This document shows positions 63,411-64,000 of a DNA stretch of 64,000 bases, one piece after another. Source of the stretch: Octopus sinensis. Taxonomy: Eukaryota. Where the stretch lies: NCBI RefSeq assembly GCF_006345805.1, contig NW_021831986.1:151273-215272 (forward strand). The letters run 5' to 3'. The notes beneath the pieces were generated by a model, which was not told where the DNA came from, did no database searches, and was given only the letters and a program-made list of their open reading frames with translations. Every line of letters starts with the position of its first letter. The first letter of the stretch is position 1. Made by a program: the position numbers and the translations under genes.

Positions 63411-63890
63411 ATACAGTTAAGTAATTGAGATTCTAGTGAATTCTAAAGAATTCACATGAATATGGTCCTTAACTAGGATGCACCGGATATCTATATGGTG
63501 TTAGCCATACGACAAGTGGGGTGATTATAAATAGGAAAAAAGCAACAAGAATGGATTAAAATCTCGGTACGATCGTTTCGTAAGAGGACATCTTTAATAA
63601 GCTACAAAAAATGCAGTGAATACAGATGGCTCGTACTCGTCAGCCGAAAAAATATCAGAGAATTCCCAAACATCAAAAGGGGTAGATATAAAAGAGGTTG
63701 TAGGATTAACTGCATTGAAGAAAGTTCGATTCATGGAGATCTGATGAAAGGTTTTAAACCTATAGAATTTATGCATGTCTACATATAGCTCATATTGAAT
63801 ATTTGATCAAGTTGTATGAAGAAATTTTCGGATACAGTCATGCAAAATTTCTGAAAATCCGAGTAAGAGGCAAAGTGACTGCCACACCAT

Positions 63891-64000
63891 GTAGAGGAAA
63901 GTCTGAGTAAAAACATAGTGACTGTCATGTCGTGTAGAAGAACATCTGTTCTTCTACACGACATGACAGTCACTATGTTTTTACTCAGACTTTCCTCTAC
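63891..64000. repeat. Perfect palindrome, 54-bp arms with a 2-nt spacer, reaching the window end
   Basis: 63891-63944 is the exact reverse complement of 63947-64000. Confidence 0.97.

Noticed and set aside
63741-63775. CTGATGA followed by hairpin AGGT-TTTAA-ACCT as a hammerhead
   Set aside because: No GAAA after stem II and no stem III or NUH site.

Overview
This is AT-rich eukaryotic repeat DNA with no recognisable host gene. The repeat content looks cephalopod/octopus-like, which is my inference and not a database result. The backbone is a large degenerate (ATT)n/(TAA)n microsatellite field: about 14 kb continuous at 13.3-27.7 kb, plus shorter arrays. It holds 13 or more full, truncated, internally deleted or inverted copies of three related REL-endonuclease non-LTR retrotransposon families of the R4/Dong type, called A, B and C here. 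Wherever a copy has a microsatellite flank, its sense strand is the TAA strand. Also present: two APE-type CR1/L2-group LINEs, one with an intact 1034-aa ORF2 and a 1.45-kb tandem array upstream; two GIY-YIG Penelope-like fragments, each followed by a hammerhead ribozyme; two degenerate hammerhead-like motifs; a ~555-bp non-coding insertion; a 2-kb GGAAA/TTTCC satellite with an internal inversion; a Gypsy protease remnant; and fold-back palindromes. Most ORF-track entries are microsatellite or antisense artefacts. Many frameshifts fall in homopolymers and may be sequencing errors. The strongest unexplained signals are the TAA-punctuated tag arrays at family A 5' ends, the covarying hammerheads with a conserved large loop II, an RT-less derivative of family A, and polarity flips of the array.
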